Shown in pieces: positions 10,062 through 19,222 of a stretch of DNA of 64,000 nt. Below the pieces are notes generated by a model. That model was not told the origin of the DNA and did not search any database. It was given only the letters and a program-made list of their open reading frames with translations. Origin of the DNA: an uncultured Spirochaetota bacterium (GTDB taxonomy: Bacteria > Spirochaetota > Spirochaetia > SZUA-6 > Fen-1364); contig CAWGAA010000002.1 in assembly GCA_963820525.1 (NCBI GenBank), positions 96,001 to 160,000 on the forward strand, read 5' to 3'. Numbering within the stretch: the first letter of the stretch is position 1; each line of letters starts with the position of its first letter. The position numbers and the translations under genes are program-made.

Positions 10062-13000
10062 ATGAGCATATCGAGCGGAATGCGACGGTTTGCGTGCGCA
10101 GCCCTTGGCGCGGCGCTCCTTTTCGGGTTCGGTTCCTGTTCCATGGACATCCTCAACGATATCAAAAAAGAGATTGAAGGATCCAAGGAGACCGAGAAGC
10201 CCAAGATCACGAGCTTCAACCGTACAAGCCCAGCCGTTACCAACAATACAGTGGTCCAGTTCTCTCTGGCGGGTTCCGTGAACATTAAATACTGGCTCGT
10301 TAATGAAAGCTCCACCGCCCCGGATAAAGGCGACAGCGGGTGGGTAACCACGGCGCCCTCCGGCTATACGCTATCCGCCACGCCGCAGGGGCCCCGAAAC
10401 GTCTTCGCCTGGGCCAAGACATCGAGCGGCTTGGTGAGCGAGCCCTTTACGCCAATCACCGTGACGTTGGATACGGTGAAGCCGATTATTGATACCTTTA
10501 CCCGGACAAGCGCGTCTCCCACAATCTATCCGAACGTGACCTTCGATCTTTCCAGTACCAGCAGCAGCGATATCTGGAAGTGGATGCTCAATGAGAGCGC
10601 GACTGCTCCTTTGCCGGGCGACAGCGGGTGGCTTTCGACCAAGCCGACATCGTACAATTTGTCCTCGCCCGAAACATCGGGAACCCGAATGATTTACGCG
10701 TGGGCCCGCGACGAGGCGGGAAACGTAAGCGACTCTAAATCCATCAGCGTCGTGTACAACGCCGTGGCGGAGCTGCCCGTAATCGACGCGTTTACGCTGA
10801 CGAGCGCCGATCCCACCAACTTGCTGACGGTGACATTCTCCCTTTCCGGAAACTCGTACGTGACAAACTGGCTGGTCAACGAGTCCTCGAGCGCTCCGAG
10901 CCCGACCGGCGGCGGGTGGACGGCAAACGCGACCCCGCCAACGAGCTATATCCTTGCGGCGGGGGAAGGCGCTCGAACGATCTATGCATGGGCGAAGAAC
11001 GCCTCGAACGTCGTGAGCACTTCGCGGTCCATCACTCTCACGCTGGATACCGTGCTTCCGACGATAGACAGCTTTACCCGAACAAGTGCCTCTCCCACAA
11101 GCGATCCGAACGTGACTTTCACGCTTTCCGGAAGCAGCGACGTCTGGAAGTGGATGCTCAATGAGAGCGCGACTGCTCCTTTGCCGGGCGACAGCGGGTG
11201 GCTTTCGACCAAACCGACGACGTATGGGTTGAGCGGGGGATCGGGAACCCGAACGATTTACGCCTGGGCCCGCGACGAGGCGGGAAACGTAAGCGTGTCG
11301 AAATCGATCAGCGTCGTGTACAACGCCATAGCTGAACTGCCCGTAATCAACGCGTTTGCGCTGACGAGCGCCGATCCCACCAACTCGACGACGGTGACAT
11401 TCACTCTTTCCGGAAACTCGTACGTGACAAACTGGCTGGTCAACGAGTCCTCGAGCGTTCCGAGCGCGACGGGCGGCGGCTGGACGGCAAACGCGACCCC
11501 GCCAACGAGCTATATCCTTGCGGCGGGGGAAGGTGCTCGAACTATCTATGCATGGGCGAAGAACGCCTCGAACGTCGTGAGCACTTCGCGGTCCATCACT
11601 CTCACGCTGGACACGGTGAAGCCGACGGTATCCAGTTTTGCGCTCACCAGCGCCTATCATACCGATAACAGGAACATCACTATCAGCCTGGCGGGAAGCG
11701 ATGCTACGAGCGGCATCAGCGGGTGGCTCCGTAATGAGAGTCCTTCCACGCCGGGATTGGGAGATGCGGGCTGGAGCGGCAGCGGGACGCCTCCAACAAC
11801 GTACCAGGTTTCGGCAGGTGTGGGCTTGAAGACTGTCTATGCCTGGGCGCGGGATGCCGCGGGGAACATCAGCGATTCATTCGCGCCGATTGAAGTGGAT
11901 CTGCGGGAAACGCCGGTCGGAACGCTGTCCGGAGGCACCACACGGGTCGGTCATGAACGGATTGTCATAACTTTCAACGACGACATGGCTTTAGCCAAAT
12001 TGAATATAGGAGGCGATATCGGGACGCCCGCAATAAAGGATATGCCTGATAGCAAGACTTTGACCTTGGATCCGGATCCCGTCTGGCCCAAGGGAAGCGT
12101 GAAAACGCTCACAATCACAGGCAAGTCGGCTCTTGATATTGATATGACGCCTTTCAGCGCGAGCTTCACGATCGATCACCGCATCTACGTTCGGGATGAT
12201 TATAACGGCTCCAATGGATATGTGGGATCGGCTTCGGCACCTAAGACGAAAATCTCAGATGCCATTACGGTTGCATCGACTTCTTATGTTCCAACATACG
12301 CGGTTGACATCTTGGTAACCGAGGGTACGTATTCTTCCGATTTCAAAGGAACCGGCAGTCCTGTCGCATCACTCGTCGAGAAAGCATCAATATATGGTGG
12401 ATATGTGAAGACTTCCAATTGGAGTACTCGCGATCCTCAAAATAATCCTACCATATTTCAGGACAGCAGTACCACGAGCGCAACCAGCCTGGCAAGTGCT
12501 AATCGGGCGATTCATTGCGGATCGGGAATCACTACAGCAACGATCATTGACGGCTGTAAAATTCAGGCAGCTGCAAGCGGACAATACTGCGCGGCCGTAG
12601 TGTGCGATGGAGGTTCGCCTCTCTTGAAGAATTGCACTATCCTTGGCGGCCCGACTTCTACCGCAAGCAATTCTTTTGGAGTGCTGTCGATCAACTCTGC
12701 CGCACCGGAAATTGCCAATTGCACAATTGATGGCGGTACCGGAACAATATCGAGGGGGATTTACGCATATTCTTCATCCTCACCGTACATCCATGGCAAT
12801 ACGATATCCGGCGGCGAAGGTTCCTCAAAGAACTATTCCATCGGAATAGAAAACGAAACCTCTTCCGCCCCGAGGATATTCGGGAATAGTATCCGGGCGG
12901 GGACGACCGCATATATCTCCTTGGGGATCAGGAATAAAGGCTCTTCAGCCCCCAAAATCTACAACAACACAATCAGCGGCGGATTAGGTGGCAATTCCTT

Positions 13001-13547
13001 TGATTCGGGAACAGCATCTGGCATCTATAATGACGCCTCGTCTCCGGATATCTGCAATAATTCCATCGATGGAGGATTGACTTCCAGCGCCTACACTCCT
13101 TTACCAAGGCCGTGCGGGATATATAATGCCAATTCGTCGAAGCCTACGATCAAGAACAACATCATTTTTACTCGAAGCGGTCCATATGGCTGGGGGATAT
13201 ACGAGAAAGGCGTAAACGACGACCCTGCCTCAGTTCAAAACAACGATATTTTCGCGTGCGGTAATGGGCTTTATTATGATGAGGGCACTACCGCCAAGAC
13301 AATTGATGAAGTTAATGCACTTGGCGCCGGCTATAGTGGAAATCAAAGTCTAGATGCTAAATTTGCTAATCAGTCCGGATACGACTGGCATCTGACAACT
13401 ACCACCCCAACCGAGGTTCATGAAGGAGGTCTGGATCTCTCAGGCTTGTCAGATTTTCCGAAAAATGCGGGCGGGCAATGCACGGATATCACCGGCACTG
13501 CCGCACGCACAAGCCCATGGTCCATGGGCGCGTATGAGTATGATTGA
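10062..13547 (+). CDS. Large surface lipoprotein: six ~95 aa Ig-like repeats, an Ig-like domain and a right-handed beta-helix
   Basis: Lipobox LLFGFGSC; repeats WxxNES..GW..P..Y.L..G.RTIYAWA; C-terminal PxIxNNTIxGG beta-helix repeats ending SMGAYEYD. Confidence 0.75.
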   Translation: MSISSGMRRFACAALGAALLFGFGSCSMDILNDIKKEIEGSKETEKPKITSFNRTSPAVTNNTVVQFSLAGSVNIKYWLVNESSTAPDKGDSGWVTTAPSGYTLSATPQGPRNVFAWAKTSSGLVSEPFTPITVTLDTVKPIIDTFTRTSASPTIYPNVTFDLSSTSSSDIWKWMLNESATAPLPGDSGWLSTKPTSYNLSSPETSGTRMIYAWARDEAGNVSDSKSISVVYNAVAELPVIDAFTLTSADPTNLLTVTFSLSGNSYVTNWLVNESSSAPSPTGGGWTANATPPTSYILAAGEGARTIYAWAKNASNVVSTSRSITLTLDTVLPTIDSFTRTSASPTSDPNVTFTLSGSSDVWKWMLNESATAPLPGDSGWLSTKPTTYGLSGGSGTRTIYAWARDEAGNVSVSKSISVVYNAIAELPVINAFALTSADPTNSTTVTFTLSGNSYVTNWLVNESSSVPSATGGGWTANATPPTSYILAAGEGARTIYAWAKNASNVVSTSRSITLTLDTVKPTVSSFALTSAYHTDNRNITISLAGSDATSGISGWLRNESPSTPGLGDAGWSGSGTPPTTYQVSAGVGLKTVYAWARDAAGNISDSFAPIEVDLRETPVGTLSGGTTRVGHERIVITFNDDMALAKLNIGGDIGTPAIKDMPDSKTLTLDPDPVWPKGSVKTLTITGKSALDIDMTPFSASFTIDHRIYVRDDYNGSNGYVGSASAPKTKISDAITVASTSYVPTYAVDILVTEGTYSSDFKGTGSPVASLVEKASIYGGYVKTSNWSTRDPQNNPTIFQDSSTTSATSLASANRAIHCGSGITTATIIDGCKIQAAASGQYCAAVVCDGGSPLLKNCTILGGPTSTASNSFGVLSINSAAPEIANCTIDGGTGTISRGIYAYSSSSPYIHGNTISGGEGSSKNYSIGIENETSSAPRIFGNSIRAGTTAYISLGIRNKGSSAPKIYNNTISGGLGGNSFDSGTASGIYNDASSPDICNNSIDGGLTSSAYTPLPRPCGIYNANSSKPTIKNNIIFTRSGPYGWGIYEKGVNDDPASVQNNDIFACGNGLYYDEGTTAKTIDEVNALGAGYSGNQSLDAKFANQSGYDWHLTTTTPTEVHEGGLDLSGLSDFPKNAGGQCTDITGTAARTSPWSMGAYEYD
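10470..11628 (+). repeat. Intragenic tandem duplication, units of ~576 and ~564 bp
   Basis: Long near-identical DNA, e.g. tggatgctcaatgagagcgcgactgctcctttgccgggcgacagcgggtggctttcgacc at 10581 and 11151. Confidence 0.92.
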
Positions 13548-13570
13548 GAATCGAGCAAAAGGAGGCAGGT

Positions 13571-15706
13571 ATGCCGCGTGTCGGAGAGGAGATTTTTGAA
13601 TTTTCCCTAAACGATATTTCCGGCGCAAATTTCGATTTTCTGAAGACGAACACCGACCTGAGTGGCAAGACTATTATCCTTTCCTTTATCGACATCGTCT
13701 CGCCTAGGGACTGGTGGTGGCTAAAGTGGTTGGAAGAAAATGTTCCAGGAGATTCGAATCTCAAGAAGATCTCGGTCATCTATAACCCCAGCGGAGCGCA
13801 AGACCTGAATTGGCCAACAACTCCTCCCCCCTTTCCAAGCACTTACGGTCCGACCGTTGATTCGACGTGGATCGATGCAAAGCGAATTCATTATGCTGTT
13901 GATCCAGCAGATGGAAATTCGATTTGGCTATTAATCCCTGACGGCAGCGGAACACCCGCGTCGGACTATGTAGGAGGTTTTGGCGCTGCCTTGAAATCCC
14001 CAGGAATTTTCCTTATCCGTCCCAACGATTTCAAATTGACCGATACCATTCATTTTGATAGTGCCGATAATGGCAGCGGGGCAGTAGGAAGTTCAATGAG
14101 TTTGAACGATCTAATCGTATTCAATTGGGCAAATGTCTCCGATCCTGGTGGAACTGCACCTGAAGGAATGTCTCTTAATGACTATAGAAAGCTGGATAAG
14201 ATCCTCCGTTTCATTGTCAAGCGTAGGAACGACCTTTTGAATACGAGCAGGATCGTTCAAGTCAGCAGTCCGAACGTCACCAATGGCAACGCGTGGGTCA
14301 CGGACGGTACCGTTCTCACTTTTTCTTTCCATTCGAAAGATGGATTGAACTATATTCCCAAGAAAGCCATTGGAGCGTGGGACACAGAACACTATCTGCT
14401 GGGTACAGAATCCGGCAATTTCCAATTGGTTTCACCTTCGCAACTCAATGTGAGTGACTATTTAAATGAAACAGGCGGGGCCGAAACGAAAAGTGTCACC
14501 TTGAATAGCGATATCTCAGATCACGTGGGCCAGACGCCGGCCTTTTCTCCGGATGCTACTTCTATCCTCGATTCTACAGGACAAGCATTCGCGTTTGAAA
14601 CTTCTGCGCCGACTTTCGAGGTGCTTGATGACCAGCCGGTTCTTTACTTCAGGGACAATCTTGATGTTGATAAGGGATATCCGCATAACGGCGCGCTTTC
14701 CTGCAGCCCTGACATTATCTTGAATGGTGATTCGCAGTTGGCGAATCCGCAGATTTTGGAGGATCCCAATTATACCCTTTATGTGCCTGCCGAATATGGA
14801 TCCGACAACTATCTCTATTTGCGAGCCTTCAATCGGGGCGCGGCCCCTACCGGCGCAGGCGACTTCAAAGGCACCGTCTACTGGGCTGATGGAAGCACTT
14901 TGAGCACACCTGCAGATTGGCATTTGATAGGCTCAGCAGATTTCGGCGTGATTGAGGCAGCGAGAGAGCAAATCAGGGTCGCTCCGGTAATCACATGGAA
15001 TCACGCGGATATTTCGCCGGTGGGTCACCATTGCTCCATTGGCACAATAGTCAATACCCTGGCGGGTGAAACTCCCGATTCTTTCAAGAATTCTCTGACG
15101 ATCACTACTATCGATGAATACTATAGCCTCGTCCATAGCGAACACAGGGTAACATGGCGCAATTTCAATGTCATCAACGACGACCCTGATTCTCCACCCC
15201 CCGTGCCTCCGCAACCCGCGCCGAACCCCCTTCCCGAGCATCGCCAGCTTCCATTTTTCTTCCCCGGCCTTCCCGGCAAGAACGCGAAATTCCAGCTCCA
15301 GGTGATCCAACGGCTGCCGTTCGACGTGCCGATTCAGATCGATCTCTCGGACGATATGCTCAAGCAGATGCCGGGGTGGCAGGACATGAAGCACAAGAAG
15401 ATCGACAAACAGGCAAGGTTCGAGGCCAAATCAAAAGAGGTCAAGCTATTCCCGAAGGTGCATGAGCTTTCATCCTTCAAAAAGAAACCGATTGTGTGGA
15501 TCCAGGTGCCAAGAATAAAGAAGCCTTATAAAGGCATGTATTCTCTTGTCGTTCGACAGCTTTGGGAAGGGAAAGAGGTGGGAAGGATAACGTGGGTTTT
15601 CAAGTCTTCAAAAGGGAATGTCCTTCCCGGATACCATAAGATGTATCGGTGGCAAGAGGCGATGCTAGCAAAGAAGCAGAAGATGGGGGGGAAGAAAGCC
15701 AAGTAG
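13571..15706 (+). CDS. Hypothetical multidomain protein (redoxin-like N-terminus without CxxC; YxRDN..SPDI domain)
   Basis: GGAGG RBS; VGEEIFEFSLNDISG..SGKTIILSF; YFRDN..SPDI..YLRAFNRG..VYWA..GHHC..WRNFNV; Pro-rich linker. Confidence 0.6.
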   Translation: MPRVGEEIFEFSLNDISGANFDFLKTNTDLSGKTIILSFIDIVSPRDWWWLKWLEENVPGDSNLKKISVIYNPSGAQDLNWPTTPPPFPSTYGPTVDSTWIDAKRIHYAVDPADGNSIWLLIPDGSGTPASDYVGGFGAALKSPGIFLIRPNDFKLTDTIHFDSADNGSGAVGSSMSLNDLIVFNWANVSDPGGTAPEGMSLNDYRKLDKILRFIVKRRNDLLNTSRIVQVSSPNVTNGNAWVTDGTVLTFSFHSKDGLNYIPKKAIGAWDTEHYLLGTESGNFQLVSPSQLNVSDYLNETGGAETKSVTLNSDISDHVGQTPAFSPDATSILDSTGQAFAFETSAPTFEVLDDQPVLYFRDNLDVDKGYPHNGALSCSPDIILNGDSQLANPQILEDPNYTLYVPAEYGSDNYLYLRAFNRGAAPTGAGDFKGTVYWADGSTLSTPADWHLIGSADFGVIEAAREQIRVAPVITWNHADISPVGHHCSIGTIVNTLAGETPDSFKNSLTITTIDEYYSLVHSEHRVTWRNFNVINDDPDSPPPVPPQPAPNPLPEHRQLPFFFPGLPGKNAKFQLQVIQRLPFDVPIQIDLSDDMLKQMPGWQDMKHKKIDKQARFEAKSKEVKLFPKVHELSSFKKKPIVWIQVPRIKKPYKGMYSLVVRQLWEGKEVGRITWVFKSSKGNVLPGYHKMYRWQEAMLAKKQKMGGKKAK

Positions 15707-15731
15707 GCAAGGAGAACGCCAAGAGGTAACA

Positions 15732-16190
15732 GTGATGAAGAGGACATCATCCGGCGGGAGGGGTTCAAAGAGCCCCTCCCGTACGCTTCGGCTCACTTTC
15801 TCCTATGAAGGGAGCAATGTTCGGCTTGTCTCCCGGCAAAGCGTGGAGATGATCCCTCCCCAAGGGGATGCTGCAGCCACGCGTCAAGGGCAGGCGGGCT
15901 TCTGGTACGAGGTGAGGGACGAAAAAGACAATACGCTGTTCCGGCGGATTGTCCAGAACCCTATCCGCTTTGCGGCTGAAATCCGTTCGGAAGATCCCGA
16001 ACGGCCGCTGTCCTGGCAGGATGTGAGCGAGCCGCGAGGCGAGTTCGTCCTCCTAATGCCAGATCTCGACACCGCGCGCGTTCTCGTGCTGTTCGGCAGC
16101 CCGATGGAACGCGGAGCCCCACTTGGTCCCGCGAAAGAGATCGCCCGCTTCGACCTATCTCAGGGGCCAGCGGCTCAGGAGCTTTCCTGA
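15732..16190 (+). CDS. Hypothetical protein coupled to the M64 peptidase
   Basis: 152 aa ORF; stop overlaps the next ATG (TGATG). Confidence 0.65.
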   Translation: MMKRTSSGGRGSKSPSRTLRLTFSYEGSNVRLVSRQSVEMIPPQGDAAATRQGQAGFWYEVRDEKDNTLFRRIVQNPIRFAAEIRSEDPERPLSWQDVSEPRGEFVLLMPDLDTARVLVLFGSPMERGAPLGPAKEIARFDLSQGPAAQELS

Positions 16191-17245
16191 TGGGCACGGC
16201 GGATGGACAGGTAATCGGAACGACGAAAATCGTCGATCATGGCTCGCCCGCCGATCGTTTCAACCTCGTGATTGTCTCCGAAGGGTATCAACAGGGCGAG
16301 ATGGGTCAGTTCGCAAGCGATGCCCGGAAGTTCGTGGACCGCCTATTTTCCACACTACCGTTCGACGAGCTTCAATGCGCTCTCAATGTCTACCGCGTGG
16401 ACGTGAGCTCGACCGACAGCGGCGCGGACGATCCCGCGGCGTGCGGCGGCGCCGACACGCATGCTTCCACCTACTTCGACGCCTCTTTCTGCAACAGCGG
16501 CATCCGCCGATTGCTGCTCGTGAACACCTCTTCCGTTCGAACCGTCATCGATGCCCAGGTACCGCAATGGCATCAGGCCCTCGTGATCGTCAACAGCCCC
16601 GTGTGGGGCGGCGCCGGCGGGTCCGTCGGCACAACGTCGACGGCCGCAGGCTGGGAAAACATCGCGATCCATGAGATGGGACACACCGTGTTCGGCCTGG
16701 CGGACGAGTACGAGTACTGGGCCGGCTGCGGGGTCGATACGGACCGCAACTCCTATCCGGGCGGCGAGCCGGCGGAACCCAACGTGACGATCGACAGCAA
16801 CCGCGCTTCCATGAAGTGGGGTGATCTTGTCTCGGCCGCAACCCCAATGCCCACGACTTCGAATGGGGACTGCTCGAAATGCGATCCGCAAGCCAATCCG
16901 GTAGTGGCGGGCACGGTGGGGGTCTTTGAAGGCGCCCGTTACTACCATTGCGGGATCTATCGTCCGGAATTCGATTGCATGATGCGCAACCTCAAGCCTT
17001 TTTGCGCCGTATGCAGGAAGAGGATCCGCGAGACGCTTTCACCGTACACGGCGAAATGCTATGCCCCGGTCTTTGAGGGCTCACACGGGCTGGAGTGCCT
17101 GGCAAAAATCATCATCTACGCTCTCGCTATTGCGATTCTATCGCTTTTTGCCTGGATTCCCGGCGCTCAATGCATCATCAAGGGTCTGCAATTCCGGATC
17201 AGGAATTGCTGCAAAGGAAATAGCCAGCGCTGCATTGAGCTGTGA
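16190..17245 (+). CDS. M64 family (IgA peptidase-like) metallopeptidase with C-terminal TM segment
   Basis: NLVIVSEGY, HEMGHTVFGLADEY, GVFEGA, YRPEFDCMMR, FCAVC. Confidence 0.85.
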   Translation: MGTADGQVIGTTKIVDHGSPADRFNLVIVSEGYQQGEMGQFASDARKFVDRLFSTLPFDELQCALNVYRVDVSSTDSGADDPAACGGADTHASTYFDASFCNSGIRRLLLVNTSSVRTVIDAQVPQWHQALVIVNSPVWGGAGGSVGTTSTAAGWENIAIHEMGHTVFGLADEYEYWAGCGVDTDRNSYPGGEPAEPNVTIDSNRASMKWGDLVSAATPMPTTSNGDCSKCDPQANPVVAGTVGVFEGARYYHCGIYRPEFDCMMRNLKPFCAVCRKRIRETLSPYTAKCYAPVFEGSHGLECLAKIIIYALAIAILSLFAWIPGAQCIIKGLQFRIRNCCKGNSQRCIEL

Positions 17246-17263
17246 GAATGTATCGGGGGGGCA

Positions 17264-18034
17264 CTACCCCTGATTTACGGGCTTGTCGACCGCCTTGCTC
17301 CCGAGGTAGCCGGCGTGGCTGATCCCCAAGAGGGCGGCCGCGCCGACTGAGAGAGCCGGGAACTCTGAGATCGGCCCGGCGGAGATCCCGGCCGCCGCTT
17401 TCTGCAAGACACTGCCGATACTTACGGCATAGGCACCCACGAGCGCCAAGGTGAAGAAGAGATTCTGGAGCCTCGAGATGTCGAGGATCTCCTTGTTGCC
17501 TTCTTCCTCGCCAGTGATCAGGTCTGAGAGTTTCGCGTCGGCGGGCGTTTCATTGCGGAACAGCCATTTCTCGGCCTTGCGCCGAGGCGCAGCCTTGTTT
17601 GCTCTCTGTGCCGCCAGTGCCCATCGTTGCGTTTTCGATGACAGGATTATCGGGCTCCCGACGAAGGAAGCGACGCTGATGCCCATGGCAAGCCATACCT
17701 CTTGGGGGATCGCTATGTCGAGCGCCTTTTCGATGTGCCCCGCCTTGAGATTGACAATGACACTTGCCAGCCACGCCGAAAGCACGACGACAGTCCAAAG
17801 AAACACCTGCAGTCGGGACAGGCTGAGCCTGTTCTGCTCATTGACCAGCCAGCCACAGAGATAGAGTCCCGTCATCCCATGGCCCGCGATCATGGCAAAG
17901 AGGAAGAGAGCCGCCATGGTGAGAAGCCACATCAAAAGGATGCTCGTGGCATGGAGGAAAAGCCCAATGGCGATCATGGCGGCGATTATCACGAAAAGAA
18001 GAATCGTGTGTGGGATATCCAACTTTCCAACCAT
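17264..18034 (-). CDS. Multi-pass membrane protein (SLSRLQ / DISRLQ type)
   Basis: GAGGTG RBS; several TM helices; internal pseudo-repeat SLSRLQVFLWT / DISRLQNLFFT, each followed by xGIS. Confidence 0.7.
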   Translation of the reverse strand: MVGKLDIPHTILLFVIIAAMIAIGLFLHATSILLMWLLTMAALFLFAMIAGHGMTGLYLCGWLVNEQNRLSLSRLQVFLWTVVVLSAWLASVIVNLKAGHIEKALDIAIPQEVWLAMGISVASFVGSPIILSSKTQRWALAAQRANKAAPRRKAEKWLFRNETPADAKLSDLITGEEEGNKEILDISRLQNLFFTLALVGAYAVSIGSVLQKAAAGISAGPISEFPALSVGAAALLGISHAGYLGSKAVDKPVNQG

Positions 18035-18095
18035 TTTTCACCTCCGGATATTTTTTGGCTATCATAATGCACGGTGCTCAAATCCACAAGCCGTC

Positions 18096-18124
18096 TTGCA
18101 TAAATATGTGCGGCGGTTTATAAA
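18096..18124 (+). promoter_or_regulatory. sigma70 promoter, apparently leaderless serA
   Basis: TTGCAT-17-TATAAA-6 nt-ATG, no SD. Confidence 0.6.
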
Positions 18125-18130
18125 CCCGCC

Positions 18131-19087
18131 ATGAGCAAGATGAAGGTATTCGTGGCGGATTCTATCGCGAAAGAGGGGATCGAGGAGTTCGGGCACTTCA
18201 AGGATCTCGAGCTCGTCGTGAAGACGGGGCTTGCCCCAGACCAGCTCGCTTCCGAGCTTGGAGATTCAGTGGGGCTTGTGGTTCGCTCGGCCACCAAGGC
18301 GACCAGGGAGATCATCGCGGGGGGCAAGAAGCTGCGCGTGATCGGACGGGCGGGCGCCGGAGTGGACAACATCGACGTGCCGGCGGCCACCGAGAAAGGG
18401 ATCCTGGTGCTCAACACCCCGGGCGGCAATGCGGAGGGCGCTGGTGAGCTGGCCATAGCGCTGATGTTCGCCCTTGCCCGGCAGATCCCCCAGGCAGACG
18501 CCTCCATGAAGGCCGGAAAGTGGGACAAGAAGAGCTTCTCCGGCGTGGAGCTTTTCGGAAAGACCCTTGGCCTCATTGGGACCGGCAACGTGGGAGGCAT
18601 CGTGGGAAAGAGGGCAATGGGCCTCGGGATGAAGGTCATCGCACACGATCCGTACATCGCCAAGGACAAGGCCGCTTCCCTCGGATTCACGTTCACCGGC
18701 CTGGATGAAGTGCTCAAGAGCGCCGATTACATCTCGGTTCACACCCCCCGGACGGACGAGACCAAGAACCTGATCAATGCAAAGGCCTTCGCCAAGATGA
18801 AGGCGGGGGTCTACCTCATCAACTGCGCCCGGGGCGGAATCGTGGTGGAGAAGGACCTCATCGCGGCGCTTGACGAGGGCAAGGTCAAGGCCGCCGGCGT
18901 CGACGTGTTCGACAAGGAGCCGCCGGAGGATTGGAGCCTGGCCAAGCACCCCAAGGTGATCGCCACGCCCCACATCGGGGCTTCCACCCACGAGGCCCAG
19001 GTCACCGTTGCCGTCATGATCGCCCGCCAAATGGGCGCCTTCCTTACCAAGGGAGAGGTCATCAACGCGGTCAACAAGGTGAGCTGA
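18131..19087 (+). CDS. serA: D-3-phosphoglycerate dehydrogenase (short form, no ACT domain) / 2-hydroxyacid dehydrogenase
   Basis: IGRAGAGVDNID, GLIGTGNVG, NCARGG, TPHIGAST. Confidence 0.8.
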   Translation: MSKMKVFVADSIAKEGIEEFGHFKDLELVVKTGLAPDQLASELGDSVGLVVRSATKATREIIAGGKKLRVIGRAGAGVDNIDVPAATEKGILVLNTPGGNAEGAGELAIALMFALARQIPQADASMKAGKWDKKSFSGVELFGKTLGLIGTGNVGGIVGKRAMGLGMKVIAHDPYIAKDKAASLGFTFTGLDEVLKSADYISVHTPRTDETKNLINAKAFAKMKAGVYLINCARGGIVVEKDLIAALDEGKVKAAGVDVFDKEPPEDWSLAKHPKVIATPHIGASTHEAQVTVAVMIARQMGAFLTKGEVINAVNKVS

Positions 19088-19222
19088 AAGGCATCCCGTT
19101 CCGCTCAAGACGAGCGCGTCACCAGGAGACGCTGCATGCGTCAGGCCCTGGCGGGATCCAGAGTTGATTGTCAAACCCGCCTCCGGGGGGTACATTGGGG
19201 CTGTGAACAACGGAGAGCGCCT

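Noticed and set aside
10195..11910. CRISPR array or DGR template/variable repeat pair
   Set aside because: Repeats are long in-frame coding domains without spacers; differences are not adenine-specific and no reverse transcriptase or cas gene is present.
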